Positions 18,971 to 29,414 are shown, numbered from the stretch's first letter. The stretch is 64,000 nucleotides of DNA from Candidatus Undinarchaeota archaeon (GCA_964519305.1 CAZFHY010000005.1:64001-128000); one strand, 5' to 3'. A program made the numbers and translations. Notes: a model not told the origin generated them from the letters alone.

Positions 18971-20689
18971 ATGGGGTTGGAATCCTCCTTAGACCAAGGA
19001 GTTGTACTCGGACTGGTGGACAGTCAGAACGACTGCGGTGCCTGTATCGTGAAGGATGGAACCCTTCTAGCGGCCGTCAATGAAGAGCGTCTTACAAAAA
19101 GGAAACTGAAGGGAGGATTCCCGCGACTGTCCCTTCATGAAGTGCTCGAAATATCGGACCTCGATTACGCCGATGTGGATGTCATCGCACTTGGGGGCAT
19201 CATGACACCCCCCCCATACGCACGTCTTATCCGCGTGCTCCAGTCCATGGAGAACGGGGTTCGTGCATCCTATTCAGGGGGGTTACTTCCTTTCCTTTCC
19301 GATCTCGTCCAGGACCGCTTTGGGCTTAACATCATCGATCCTAGATCAAGGAGCGGACGTATCCTCTCCAAGGCAGTCCCCGCCCTATTACGAAAGGACC
19401 TCCCACGACCGATCAGGGACCGGCCAATTATCCCTGTCGACCACCACGTGGCCCATATCGCGGGGGCCTATTTCCTGTCGGGACAGGATCATGTCTTGGG
19501 CATCACTGCCGACGGTCTGGGGGACGGTTACTCGCTGACAGTGAACCGTTGTGAGGACGGTCATATCGAGCGGCTCGATACTATGGACGGGATGGACTCA
19601 TTCGGACAGTTCTATTCCGCCGTAACCCAATGGCTGGGCTTCCTCCCCCACCGCCATGAAGGCAAGACCTTGGGCCTTGCAGCTCATGGCGACTGGACGG
19701 TTGTCGACGTACCATTCCCCTTCACGGAATCGGGTACCTATATGGGCCGATGGGGATGGGCCGGGATACCTGACCTCGAGCGTAAGTTCGAAGGATATCG
19801 TCGCGAGGACGTCGCCGCCTGGGTACAGCACCACATCGAAGAACGGATGACCGAACTCGTGGTCGATTGGATTGAGCACACGGGCCTGTCACATCTCGCA
19901 CTGTCCGGCGGAGTGTTCGCAAACGTCCGGCTCAACCAGCGGCTCTGGGAGATCGAGGACGTTGACTCCATATACGTGCTCCCTCACATGGGCGATGGGG
20001 GACTTGCCGTGGGTGCAGCCCTCGCGTGTGCTCGTCCCCTGCCGGAGCGTCTGGACAATCTCTTCTTAGGTAAGGAGTACAGTGAGAAGGAGTTGCGGTC
20101 AGCTCTCGAACGGGAAAAAACCACGTACCATCGTCCCCCGGACCTGGAACGGGAGATGGTTCGACTTCTCGCTGATGGAAAGGTGGTCGGGCGGTTCCGT
20201 GGGCGGGCTGAATGGGGTCCTCGGTCGCTCGGGAACCGTAGTATCCTGGTACAGGCCACTGACGTAGCTGTGCTCGATTGGTTAAACGACCGTCTCAATC
20301 GATCAGAGTTCATGCCGTTCGCGCCGCTAGTGCTCGAGGAACGTGTAGAACAGTGCTTCGGTGATATCACTGGCGCCGAGCTCCCGGCGACCACTATGAC
20401 CATCACCCTGAACTGCACACCTTGGATGCGGAAGCACTGTCCCGGTGTCGTGCACGTTGATGGGACTGCGAGGCCCCAGATCGTCTCCGCGAAGACCGCA
20501 CCCCGGCTCCACCGATTGCTAAGGCTCTACGAGGAGGAGACGGATCTCCCCGCCCTGATCAACACGAGCTTCAACCTTCATGAGACCCCCATGGTGTACG
20601 GCCCTGCAGATGCGGTGCGCACCTTCAAGGAGGGGGCCGTCGATTACTTGGCCATTGGGCCCTACCTGACTACGTCTTCAACAGAGTAG
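18971..20689 (+). CDS. O-carbamoyltransferase, NodU/CmcH/TobZ family
   Basis: AVNEERL...K, DHH.AH, DGLGD, HEGK.LGLAA.G, SGGVFANV, EWGPRSLGNRS, FMPFAP, HVDGTARPQ, NTSFN motifs. Confidence 0.93.
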   Translation: MGLESSLDQGVVLGLVDSQNDCGACIVKDGTLLAAVNEERLTKRKLKGGFPRLSLHEVLEISDLDYADVDVIALGGIMTPPPYARLIRVLQSMENGVRASYSGGLLPFLSDLVQDRFGLNIIDPRSRSGRILSKAVPALLRKDLPRPIRDRPIIPVDHHVAHIAGAYFLSGQDHVLGITADGLGDGYSLTVNRCEDGHIERLDTMDGMDSFGQFYSAVTQWLGFLPHRHEGKTLGLAAHGDWTVVDVPFPFTESGTYMGRWGWAGIPDLERKFEGYRREDVAAWVQHHIEERMTELVVDWIEHTGLSHLALSGGVFANVRLNQRLWEIEDVDSIYVLPHMGDGGLAVGAALACARPLPERLDNLFLGKEYSEKELRSALEREKTTYHRPPDLEREMVRLLADGKVVGRFRGRAEWGPRSLGNRSILVQATDVAVLDWLNDRLNRSEFMPFAPLVLEERVEQCFGDITGAELPATTMTITLNCTPWMRKHCPGVVHVDGTARPQIVSAKTAPRLHRLLRLYEEETDLPALINTSFNLHETPMVYGPADAVRTFKEGAVDYLAIGPYLTTSSTE

Positions 20690-20726
20690 ACAGTAATTCA
20701 AACGCGATTCATAGTGAGCACCCCCG

Positions 20727-22298
20727 TCATAAGGACGGGATCAGATGACTTGATGCGAGAGGCGCATAGAATGTCATGTTCGCTCCAGGAACTCCGATCG
20801 CTTCCATCTCGACAAGGGAGTAGCCCTGTTCTTGGAGGACGATCATCACGTGCTCCATGTCGGGCTCAAGAGCCCCGCTCACATTACGACCCAGTCGCAC
20901 ACATTCGCCCGAACTGATAATCTCTCGGACAAGAGAGGGATTGTCCAGTATAGCACTTGCGGGGATAGCCTTGGCAACTCTGAATGCCATGTACAGAGCG
21001 GGTTCCTCAGAGATCATGTAGCAGTCGTCATCGAACGGCCAGCGGTTGGCCAGCCTTGTAGCTAGTGCATTCCAAGACGATGAATCGGGCGCCTCCTCGC
21101 CCCGAGCAAGGGTGTCCAGCGGGCTATACGCGAAAAGGAGGCAAATCATCAAGATTACTAGTTCATGGACACCGATTCGCTCCTTGAGCTGCCGAGCACC
21201 GAGTCCTGCTAAAAGGAACAGAGGTACAAAGGTAATGATGAATAGACGGTCCTGACCCTCGGAGAGCCATGCGTTGTAGAACAGGAAGAATACGAGGAAC
21301 CAGGCCCCAAGAGCGAGCACATGACCGCGCTCGTTCCGATCCGCTAACAGGAGGGCTGCCAGAACGAGTAGCTCGGCGGCGAGAGTTAGATAGAACCCTA
21401 TGGCAACTTTGAACATATATTGAATCGATTGGTTCCACAGAAGGTCGCTCGTGTACACTACGTTCTTGGGGTGGCCTGCCTGCAGGCCCACGGTAGCGGG
21501 ATAGACAATGGCTGCAATTGCCAAGGGAAGGAGTGCGAACCGCCAGTGGCGCCACGGTGGCCATACTCCTTCTGCGTAAAAGAGCAGTATCAAGGGAACG
21601 ACGAGCAGGGGGTACTCTACCCTAGCGAGGAGGCTGATGCCGAAGGCCAGGGCGCATGCAGCCAAGAGCCACGGCTCGTTTGAGCGCGCATAGAGTATAG
21701 CGAGGTACACTGTAAGGAGGACAAGGACCAGAGCGAAAACATTGTTGGCGGCGGTGGCGCTCCAAATCAGGTTGACAGGATTCACGGCCAGAAATCCAGC
21801 GGCTAGGAATCCTGCCCAGTCCCCGAATAGCAGACGTCCAACTAGGAACATGAGAACGACGGCTACCATCCCACAGAGGATTGAGAGCCAGATGGCCGTC
21901 CCGCTCCCCACACCGACAAGAGAGAAGGCAAATGCGACCGCCGTTGGCCAGGCGGGCATGTCCGTCAGGGGACGGCAGGTCATTTCGTCCGGACCCACGT
22001 ACCAGCAGTCCACTAATCCCGTTCCCAGGGTGAGGTTCCGTGCCCATGCCATGAACCAGTACTCGTCAATCACTTCACGATGGAAGTGGCCGACATGTAA
22101 GGTGACAAGGAACAAGAAAAGACCGAGCGTACAGAGTAGTGCAATCCGGGTCTGTCGTGAGCTCGAGTGCAAATCGTCGACAATATAGCGTCGGCACCGC
22201 ATAAGGGCGAGTACGAGGAGCGAGCCCAGCAACAGGCATACTGTTGGTGCCCCATGAGCGAGGAAAGCCTCTGTCGATAGTACCGAGGGTGCGGCCAT
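20727..22298 (-). CDS. GT-C fold integral membrane glycosyltransferase (ArnT/PMT-like)
   Basis: DE motif in the first luminal loop (VIDEYWF...ARNL), P.WP motif, about 12 hydrophobic segments. Confidence 0.75.
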   Translation of the reverse strand: MAAPSVLSTEAFLAHGAPTVCLLLGSLLVLALMRCRRYIVDDLHSSSRQTRIALLCTLGLFLFLVTLHVGHFHREVIDEYWFMAWARNLTLGTGLVDCWYVGPDEMTCRPLTDMPAWPTAVAFAFSLVGVGSGTAIWLSILCGMVAVVLMFLVGRLLFGDWAGFLAAGFLAVNPVNLIWSATAANNVFALVLVLLTVYLAILYARSNEPWLLAACALAFGISLLARVEYPLLVVPLILLFYAEGVWPPWRHWRFALLPLAIAAIVYPATVGLQAGHPKNVVYTSDLLWNQSIQYMFKVAIGFYLTLAAELLVLAALLLADRNERGHVLALGAWFLVFFLFYNAWLSEGQDRLFIITFVPLFLLAGLGARQLKERIGVHELVILMICLLFAYSPLDTLARGEEAPDSSSWNALATRLANRWPFDDDCYMISEEPALYMAFRVAKAIPASAILDNPSLVREIISSGECVRLGRNVSGALEPDMEHVMIVLQEQGYSLVEMEAIGVPGANMTFYAPLASSHLIPSL

Positions 22299-22435
22299 AT
22301 CATGTCCTCCCTGAATGCCCGGAACCGGTCATGCAATCTCTCCCCCGGACGGTCCTTTCAACTGCAGGAGCCGTCCCGTACTGCATCAGCAGAGGAGCGT
22401 AATACATATATCCCTTGACGGGACGGGGCGCGCCT

Positions 22436-23821
22436 TCATGTGGTGAACCGATCATGGATGGCCTGCGCAGCCTTTCGTCCGGCGATGATGGCCTTAACCA
22501 CCGTGGAACCGCCATGGACAACGTCGCCACCGGCGAACACCCGATCATTGGCTGTGGCCCCGGTCTCCTCGTCAGCATCGAGATGGCCCCATTTCCCCCG
22601 GGGCTCGACACCCGGGAGCGCCTCGCGCACCCCTGCAGCGGGGGTCTGGCCTATGGCCATGATTACCGTGTCCACGTCCGTGGTGAACTCGGAGCCCTCG
22701 ATGGGCACGGGCCGTGGTCGGCCGGAGCGGTCCAGATCTCCGAGCTCCATGCGGATACACTCCACGCCGGTAACGCGATCATTCTCCCCGAGGACCCGGA
22801 CAGGATTCGTGAGGAACAAGATCTCCACCCCTTCCTCGCGTACCTGGGCGAGCTCGTTGGGCGTGGCAGGCATCTGTTCCTCTCCACGTCTGTAGAAGAG
22901 GATGACCCTGTCAGCACCCTGACGCCTGGCCACGCGCAGGGAGTCCATGGCCACGTTCCCGCCACCGACCACTGCGACGGTCCCGACCATGGGTGGCACC
23001 TTGATGTCCTTCACGCCCGCATCCGCGAGGTTGGCGGCAACGAGCACGTCGAGGGCTGTGTACACACCCTCAAGCTCTTCGCCAGGGATGCCCATGGTAT
23101 AGGGCTCGGTCTCCCCCGTGGCCACGAACACCGCGTCAAATGACGCGAGGTCGTCGTTCGTGAGGTCCTTCCCCAGCCGGCGTCCGGTCTCGAAGCGTAC
23201 GCCCAGCTTTCGGAGGGGCTCCACCTCTTTCTCCACCACGTCGTTGGGGAGTCGGTATCCGGGAATCCCATAGACCAGTAGCCCCCCGAGAAGGGGTTGT
23301 GCCTCGAACACCGTGACGGTATGGCCGAGGATGGCGAGCTCCCTGGCACAGGCAAGGCCCGCGGGACCGGATCCGATGACGGCCACGGTACGCCCCGTGG
23401 ACGTACCAGCTGATGATGGCGCCTGCCATCCGCGGTCGGCGGCGAAGCGCTCCAGCGCCCCGATGCGCACGGGATCAAATTTCTTGCCCAGCACGCACGA
23501 ACCCTCGCACTGGTCCTCGTGGGGGCACACCCGTGAACAGAAAGCGGGGAAGATGTTGTGGTCCCGGACGATGGTAAAGGCATCGTCGAACCGGCCTTCA
23601 CTGATGGCGAGCACCATGGCAGGGATGTCGTTGTTGGCGGGGCAACCTGTCCTGCAGACAGGATCCTTGCACTGTAGACAGCGCTCCGCCTCGGCACGGG
23701 CCTCCTCTTCGGAGTACCCGAGCTCGACCTCCCGATAGTCACTGATGCGATCACGAGGAGAGGCTTTCCGCATGGGGACGCTCTCCTTGCGTAGCTTCTT
23801 CGCAGGCGTTTTTTCGGACAT
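22436..23821 (-). CDS. GltD/SudA/NfnB-like NADPH-dependent Fe-S flavoprotein
   Basis: EAERCLQCKDP.C..GCP, CSRVCP.E.QCE..C, GSGPAG, YGIP.YRLP, GGGNVAMD, YRR, AGGD motifs. Confidence 0.93.
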   Translation of the reverse strand: MSEKTPAKKLRKESVPMRKASPRDRISDYREVELGYSEEEARAEAERCLQCKDPVCRTGCPANNDIPAMVLAISEGRFDDAFTIVRDHNIFPAFCSRVCPHEDQCEGSCVLGKKFDPVRIGALERFAADRGWQAPSSAGTSTGRTVAVIGSGPAGLACARELAILGHTVTVFEAQPLLGGLLVYGIPGYRLPNDVVEKEVEPLRKLGVRFETGRRLGKDLTNDDLASFDAVFVATGETEPYTMGIPGEELEGVYTALDVLVAANLADAGVKDIKVPPMVGTVAVVGGGNVAMDSLRVARRQGADRVILFYRRGEEQMPATPNELAQVREEGVEILFLTNPVRVLGENDRVTGVECIRMELGDLDRSGRPRPVPIEGSEFTTDVDTVIMAIGQTPAAGVREALPGVEPRGKWGHLDADEETGATANDRVFAGGDVVHGGSTVVKAIIAGRKAAQAIHDRFTT

Positions 23822-23899
23822 GGTGCAGACCTCGGGCGCTAGGCGAGAAAGGTATATTTTAAGAGGATATATGTCGGGGCGCGACAGGGCCGCGACCAT

Positions 23900-25144
23900 T
23901 CACGGCCAGATACCCCGCTGCTCCTGCGCGTCCACGAGGCGGCCGACGGCGAGGACATAGGCGGCCGTCCTTAGGTCCACACTGTGCTCTTCGGCCATGG
24001 CCAGCACCTCGTCATACGCCTTGAGCATGAGGTCGCGCAACTGCACGTTGATCTCGTCCTCGCTCCAGAAGAAGGAGGACGTGTCCTGCACCCATTCGAA
24101 GTAGGAGAGGGTCACCCCTCCGGCGCTGGCCAGAATGTCCGGTAGGACGACCACGCCGCGCTTCTGTAACCCCTCGGCAGCCCTGGAGGTCACAGAGGCG
24201 TTGGCTGCCTCTACCACGATCCGGGCCTTGACACTCGCTTCGTTCCTGCTGGTCACTGTCAGTTCCCGGGCGGCAGAAACGAGCACGTCCACATCCAATG
24301 CCATGATCTCCTTATCCGTCATGTCCCTGACTCCAGGGAATCCTTTGACAGCACCCTTTACAGCCGTCCACTCCCTGAGGGCAGGAATGTCAAGCCCGTC
24401 ACCATCGTACACGCCACCATGTCGGTCCGATACGGCGACCACTGTGCAGCCTTTTCGCGTCAAGTGGTGGGCGACGTTGCTCCCCACGTTCCCGAAACCG
24501 ATAACGGCCACGGTGGCCCCCTTGAGTGGAATGCCGGCATGTTTCAGTGCTTGCCGCGTCACGAACATCACGCCACGCCCGGTCGCGTCCTTCCGTCCTT
24601 TCGTACCACCGACCTCCACCGGTTTCCCCGTGACTACACCGGTTATGGTGTGCCCCTGCATAGTACTGTAGGTGTCCATTATCCAGCTCATAACCCGCTG
24701 GTCGGTGCCGCGTCCGGGGGCCGGGATATCCTTCTTCGGACCGATGAAAGGGGCGATCATATAGGTATAGCGCCGAGTGACTCGCTCGAGCTCCTCAGCG
24801 GAAAGTTCCTCGGGATCACAATCCACGGCACCGTGCGCACCACCCCACGGGAAGTTCATGACGGCGCACTTCAGGCTCATTATGGCGGCGATGGATCTGA
24901 TTATGTCGGGATCTGCACCAGGATCGAAGCGCACACCACCCTTGAATGGACCCCTGGAGTTGTAGTACTGGATACGGTAGCCAGTGAACACCTTGATAGT
25001 ATCATCATCCATTACGAGTGGGACGGCGACCTTAATCTCGCGACGCGAGTGGCGTAGCCGCTCCACCTTCTCATTAGGGAGGCCGAGTATCTCTGCTGCC
25101 TTCTCGATATCCCGAAATACTTCATGAAAATAGCATGAACCCAT
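23900..25144 (-). CDS. Glutamate dehydrogenase-like protein, probably a catalytically inactive (regulatory) paralog
   Basis: Full-length GDH fold, but GGAHGA replaces GGAKGG and PAPGRGT replaces PAPDV.T. Confidence 0.85.
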   Translation of the reverse strand: MGSCYFHEVFRDIEKAAEILGLPNEKVERLRHSRREIKVAVPLVMDDDTIKVFTGYRIQYYNSRGPFKGGVRFDPGADPDIIRSIAAIMSLKCAVMNFPWGGAHGAVDCDPEELSAEELERVTRRYTYMIAPFIGPKKDIPAPGRGTDQRVMSWIMDTYSTMQGHTITGVVTGKPVEVGGTKGRKDATGRGVMFVTRQALKHAGIPLKGATVAVIGFGNVGSNVAHHLTRKGCTVVAVSDRHGGVYDGDGLDIPALREWTAVKGAVKGFPGVRDMTDKEIMALDVDVLVSAARELTVTSRNEASVKARIVVEAANASVTSRAAEGLQKRGVVVLPDILASAGGVTLSYFEWVQDTSSFFWSEDEINVQLRDLMLKAYDEVLAMAEEHSVDLRTAAYVLAVGRLVDAQEQRGIWP

Positions 25145-25170
25145 GGCCCGTCCCAGTTCGGGCGTGGCCC

Positions 25171-25186
25171 ATATAATTTATATATA
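25171..25186 (-). promoter_or_regulatory. Putative TATA box of the second gdh gene
   Basis: Pure A/T run TATATATAAATTATAT, 27-42 nt upstream of the ATG. Confidence 0.6.
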
Positions 25187-25260
25187 CCGTGGCAATGGGC
25201 CTCATTGAGATTCCCCTGTGTAATCCTTTCGGGGGGAGTGGGACCTCTGCTAATAGAAGG

Positions 25261-25318
25261 GAGGGCACCCCCGACCCAGACTCGGCTTGAACCGGTGACG
25301 TGGGCCCGGGGTACCCTC
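25261..25318 (-). terminator. Long stem-loop downstream of gdhA (terminator or stabilising hairpin)
   Basis: Minus strand GAGGGTACCCCGGGCCCA...TGGGTCGGGGGTGCCCTC, 17 of 18 positions paired including two G-U, followed by CCTTCT. Confidence 0.5.
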
Positions 25319-25350
25319 ACATGCAGGTAATCCTGTTCTGAATTCTCTCC

Positions 25351-26634
25351 TTAGGGGAAGATACCGCGCATGGTGATGGCATCGGCCACACGCTTCAGTG
25401 CCAGACAGTAGGCGCCGATGCGCATGTCCACCTTGTACTTCTCCGAGAGCTTCACCACATCCGCAAAGGAGTCGACCATGACGCCCCGCAGCTTCACGTT
25501 GACATCGTGCTCGGTCCAGAAGTGGGCCTGGAGGTCCTGCACCCACTCGAAGTACGAGACGGTAACACCACCGGCGTTGGCCAGGATGTCAGGGACCACG
25601 AAGATACCCTTCTTGAAGAGTACCTCGTCGGCCTCAGGCGTGGTGGGGCCATTGGCACCCTCCACGATTATCTTGGCCTTGATCTTGTCGGCGTTCTCCT
25701 TGGTGATCTGGTTCTCCAGAGCGGCCGGGATGAGCACGTCCACAGGTAGTTCGAGGAGCTTCTTGGTGGCCGCGGCCGGCCCCTCGATCCACTCACACGC
25801 GGGCTGCTCCTTCTCGAATCCCTTGAGCAGATGGTCGTCCTTCTCATTGACGTAGGCGAAGGCCTTCTCGATGTCGACGCCGTCCGGATTGAATATACCG
25901 CCAGATGCGTCGGAGATCGCCACGATCTTCGAGCCCTTCTGTTGCATGAACAGGGCGGCATGGTTCCCCACGTTACCGAAGCCCTGTACCGCGCAGGTAG
26001 CACCCTCGATCGGGATGTTCTTGTGCTTGAGCGCTTCCCTGGCCACGAACATCACACCACGACCAGTAGCCTCGTTCCGACCCTTGGAACCACCGAGGGA
26101 GATGGGCTTCCCCGTTACAACACCGGGTACGGAGTAGCCCTGGAACATCGAGTAGGTGTCCATGAACCAGGCCATGGTCTGGGCGTTCGTGAACACATCG
26201 GGAGCCGGGATGTCCTTCTCGGGGCCGATTAACGGAAGGATCATGTAAGCGTAACGACGGGTGAGGCGCTCCAACTCCTTTTCCGACATTGAGGGGGGGT
26301 CACAGATGACACCTCCCTTCGCCCCACCGTAGGGGATGTTGACAACTGCGCACTTCCAGGTCATCCAGGCCGCCAGCGCCCGCACCTCGTCGAGGTCGAC
26401 GTCGGGGTGGTAGCGGATGCCGCCCTTGGTGGGTCCTCGTGCATAATTGTACTGGACTCGGTAGCCCTGGAAAACCCTGACTTCACCGTTGTCCATCTTG
26501 ATCGGCATGGAGACAGCCAGTTCCCGCTGGGGGTGCTTGAGTATTCCCACTACACCCTTGTCTAGCTTCAGTATCTCGTTTGCCTTGTCTATCTGCTTGA
26601 TAACGTTCTCGAACGGATTGATCTTGTGTGCCAT
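25351..26634 (-). CDS. gdhA: Glutamate dehydrogenase
   Basis: GPTKGGIRYHP, MTWKCA, PYGGAKGG, DIPAPDV.T, TGKP...GGS.GR.EATGRG, QGFGNVG, EGANGP, SYFEWVQ all intact. Confidence 0.97.
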   Translation of the reverse strand: MAHKINPFENVIKQIDKANEILKLDKGVVGILKHPQRELAVSMPIKMDNGEVRVFQGYRVQYNYARGPTKGGIRYHPDVDLDEVRALAAWMTWKCAVVNIPYGGAKGGVICDPPSMSEKELERLTRRYAYMILPLIGPEKDIPAPDVFTNAQTMAWFMDTYSMFQGYSVPGVVTGKPISLGGSKGRNEATGRGVMFVAREALKHKNIPIEGATCAVQGFGNVGNHAALFMQQKGSKIVAISDASGGIFNPDGVDIEKAFAYVNEKDDHLLKGFEKEQPACEWIEGPAAATKKLLELPVDVLIPAALENQITKENADKIKAKIIVEGANGPTTPEADEVLFKKGIFVVPDILANAGGVTVSYFEWVQDLQAHFWTEHDVNVKLRGVMVDSFADVVKLSEKYKVDMRIGAYCLALKRVADAITMRGIFP

Positions 26635-26806
26635 TTTAGTACCCTCGAACCGCGTGCGCACAACAAAGTTCGTCTTATAAACTATTCGCACCGGGCGTGT
26701 TAGTGTGCTGCCATAGCCCAAGGTAGCACACCTCATGATATGAGGGCCACTCGGACGGGCTTCGGAGGTTTTTTAAAACTAACCAGCGGGTGATTTGAGC
26801 GGTAGC

Positions 26807-27130
26807 ATGGCCAGAGATGTCATAGGGAAGGTGCTTGAAGCAGAGGCCGATGCGGAGCAGGTCCTAAAAGAAGGACGGGACAGTTCGCAGCGCATCCTCG
26901 CCGAGGCCAATAAGGATCGTGACGAACAGGTCGCGAAAGCTCGTGAGGCTGCGCACAAGGAGGGCGAGGCCCTCTTGGCCAGGACTCGAGATGAGGCTGA
27001 GGCTGAGGGGAAGCGCATCCTCGATGAGGGGCGCACAGAAGCGGAGCGCATCCAGAAAGAGGCGACCAAAAAGGTCGCCGTCGCCGCTGCCGCCGTGGTT
27101 AAGGCCGTCGTGGGGAATGAGCGTGTTTAG
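26807..27130 (+). CDS. atpH: A1Ao ATP synthase subunit H (peripheral stalk)
   Basis: E/A/K-rich coiled coil; first gene of the operon; TATA-like TTTTTTAAAA at about 26769-26778. Confidence 0.85.
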   Translation: MARDVIGKVLEAEADAEQVLKEGRDSSQRILAEANKDRDEQVAKAREAAHKEGEALLARTRDEAEAEGKRILDEGRTEAERIQKEATKKVAVAAAAVVKAVVGNERV

Positions 27131-29066
27131 ACCCTCCCCCATGAAGCGTGTTACTGTGGTGGGACCCATCCAGCATCGTCTCCCGCTCTTACGAGCATTC
27201 TATAAAGAGGGCTCGATCTCGCTCATCCGCTGCGAAGTGGAGGGTGCCGAACCGGCCGGCATCACCGACGGTTCACGGGCCGCATCATCCCTTCACATGA
27301 AGGCGTCACGCATCCGGGATCTCCTCTGTTCCAGGGGCGCCAGCAACATCATAGAGATGTTCATGGGCGTACAACCGCGGTTCACCAAGACCCTGACGTC
27401 TGATGAGGAAGTGGCCCGGATCGAGGAGTCCGTGAAGCTAGTCGCCGAGCTCGAGGAGCGGATCCGTGATATCGAGGGAGGCCGCTCCGAGGTCCGCACC
27501 CAGCAGGAGGCCCTGGAAGAGCACCGGAATCGCACAGAGCTCTGGAACCTTTTCGGGGTCGAAGGTGGGAGCTGGACCCTATTGGAGATCGTTATCGGGA
27601 CCACCTCCGAGCCTGACCGTGTGGAGGAAGAGCTGGCCGAAGGGCCGGACACGCTCCATTGGGAATCGCAAGAACGGGACCATGGAAGTCATGCGTACTG
27701 TGTCCTCGCCCCAAGAGGCACAGAGATCCTCCGGCGGCTCAAGCTCACCGGACTCGAGCCCGTACCTCAGCCAGGCCCGATCCCTGATGTGACCGATGAG
27801 GACCTTGCACGTCGTGAGCAGGAACTCGTTGACGAGCTGGCGATGCTCGCTAAGGAGCATGGAGAGGCGCTAGAGGTGCTCGTGGAGCTGCTCGGGTTCG
27901 AGCGCGAGCAGTTGGACGGGGAGGGCCTTACGAGATCCACCAAGCGTACCTTCGTCCTCGATTTCTGGACACCCGCCAGCCACTTGGACAGCGTCGAGAC
28001 CGTGGCACACAAGATATGCGGCGACGCGGTCATCGTGGAAGCCACGGACCCCGAGGGCGATGAAGCCCCTGTGCTCCTTGACAATCCGCCCATTCTCAAA
28101 TCCTTCGAACTGCTTACCAAGACCTACGGTCTACCTACCTACACATCGACCGACCCCACCATCATCTTTGCGATATTCTTCCCGCTGTTCTTCGGTTTCA
28201 TGCTCAACGACTTCATCTACGGCCTGGCGCTACTGGCCGTTGTGTTCCATCTCAGGAAGCGGGTGTCCCAACCGAAAGGGGCCCGGGAACTGTTCGGGGT
28301 GCTCACGGCATGCGCCCTCGTCACGCTCGTTATAGGCGTCATCATGGGCAGCTTCTTCGGCGACCTCATCGAGTGTACTGCAAAGCATGGGGAGCACGAG
28401 GGACTGCAGTGGCCAGCCATCGATGTCGGCCCCACGAACTACCCCGACTTCCCGGTCCCTTATTGCTACAAACCCGCCTATCCGGGAATGGCCAACGCCG
28501 AGACCCTTCTCTACCTCTCGTTCTTAATGGGGCTCATGCACATCAACCTCGGTATCCTGGTGGGACTGGCCGACGGTATCCGCAACCGCGACTGGAAGCG
28601 ACTGATAACGGAGCAGGGTTTCTGGCTACTTGTGGAGGCCGGGATCGTCTCCGCGCTGTTAGGAGCCACATACATCGGCCTCGGGCTCGTCGCCCTCGCC
28701 CTGTTGGGCTTCATGGTCGGCGAGGGACCCAACCTTCCCATCGCGTCGTTCTCACGCTTCTTCGATGTCACCGGTTTCTTTGGTCGGGTGCTCTCCTATG
28801 GGCGCCTCCTGGCCATCAGTCTTTCCGGTGCCGGTATCGCCATGGTAGTTAACATGCTCGCGGGCATCCTGGGAGGCATCTCGATACTCCTCGGGATCCC
28901 GTTCCTCCTACTGGGGCACGGTGCGGCATTCCTCTCGGCCGCCTTCGGCTCCTTCGTCCATGCTCTCAGGCTCCATTATGTTGAGCACTTCAGCGCCTAT
29001 TACGAAGGAGGGGGCTCTGCGTTCGCCCCGTTCGGTCCACGGCGCGTGTGTACAGAGGTGAAATAG
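27117..29066 (+). CDS. atpI: A1Ao ATP synthase subunit I (a)
   Basis: F.P..MK, YGLP.Y...DPT, FFGFML.D..YG, LSY.RLLA, HALRLHYVE.F..YYEGGG..F.PF motifs. Confidence 0.95.
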   Translation: MSVFRPSPMKRVTVVGPIQHRLPLLRAFYKEGSISLIRCEVEGAEPAGITDGSRAASSLHMKASRIRDLLCSRGASNIIEMFMGVQPRFTKTLTSDEEVARIEESVKLVAELEERIRDIEGGRSEVRTQQEALEEHRNRTELWNLFGVEGGSWTLLEIVIGTTSEPDRVEEELAEGPDTLHWESQERDHGSHAYCVLAPRGTEILRRLKLTGLEPVPQPGPIPDVTDEDLARREQELVDELAMLAKEHGEALEVLVELLGFEREQLDGEGLTRSTKRTFVLDFWTPASHLDSVETVAHKICGDAVIVEATDPEGDEAPVLLDNPPILKSFELLTKTYGLPTYTSTDPTIIFAIFFPLFFGFMLNDFIYGLALLAVVFHLRKRVSQPKGARELFGVLTACALVTLVIGVIMGSFFGDLIECTAKHGEHEGLQWPAIDVGPTNYPDFPVPYCYKPAYPGMANAETLLYLSFLMGLMHINLGILVGLADGIRNRDWKRLITEQGFWLLVEAGIVSALLGATYIGLGLVALALLGFMVGEGPNLPIASFSRFFDVTGFFGRVLSYGRLLAISLSGAGIAMVVNMLAGILGGISILLGIPFLLLGHGAAFLSAAFGSFVHALRLHYVEHFSAYYEGGGSAFAPFGPRRVCTEVK

Positions 29067-29068
29067 AC

Positions 29069-29341
29069 ATGCCACTCACAGATACTGCGCTCATATACGC
29101 CGTCGCCATGACCGGTGTCGGCACGGCCCTGGCCCTCGGATTGGCGGCCCTCGGTTCCGGCATCGGCCAGAGCATCACGGCCTCCGCTGCCACCCGTGTC
29201 GTTGAGAAGCGGGAGGAGACCATGGGCAAGATGATCGTGCTCTCGGCGCTGCCCGAGAACCAGGCCATCCTTGGGCTCATCGTCGCCCTGTTCCTCCTAT
29301 TCCGCGTCATGTTACCGCTGCTCGCGGTGGGGGTGCAGTGA
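29069..29341 (+). CDS. atpK: A1Ao ATP synthase subunit K (c), copy 1 with a variant ion site
   Basis: Single-hairpin proteolipid; GLAALGSGIGQ...LPENQAILG. Confidence 0.9.
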   Translation: MPLTDTALIYAVAMTGVGTALALGLAALGSGIGQSITASAATRVVEKREETMGKMIVLSALPENQAILGLIVALFLLFRVMLPLLAVGVQ

Positions 29342-29414
29342 CATGAGCGGTCACATCATGATGAACGATCGTAACGAATGCGGGCCTAGGACCCGCGAAA
29401 TTAGGTGAATAACT

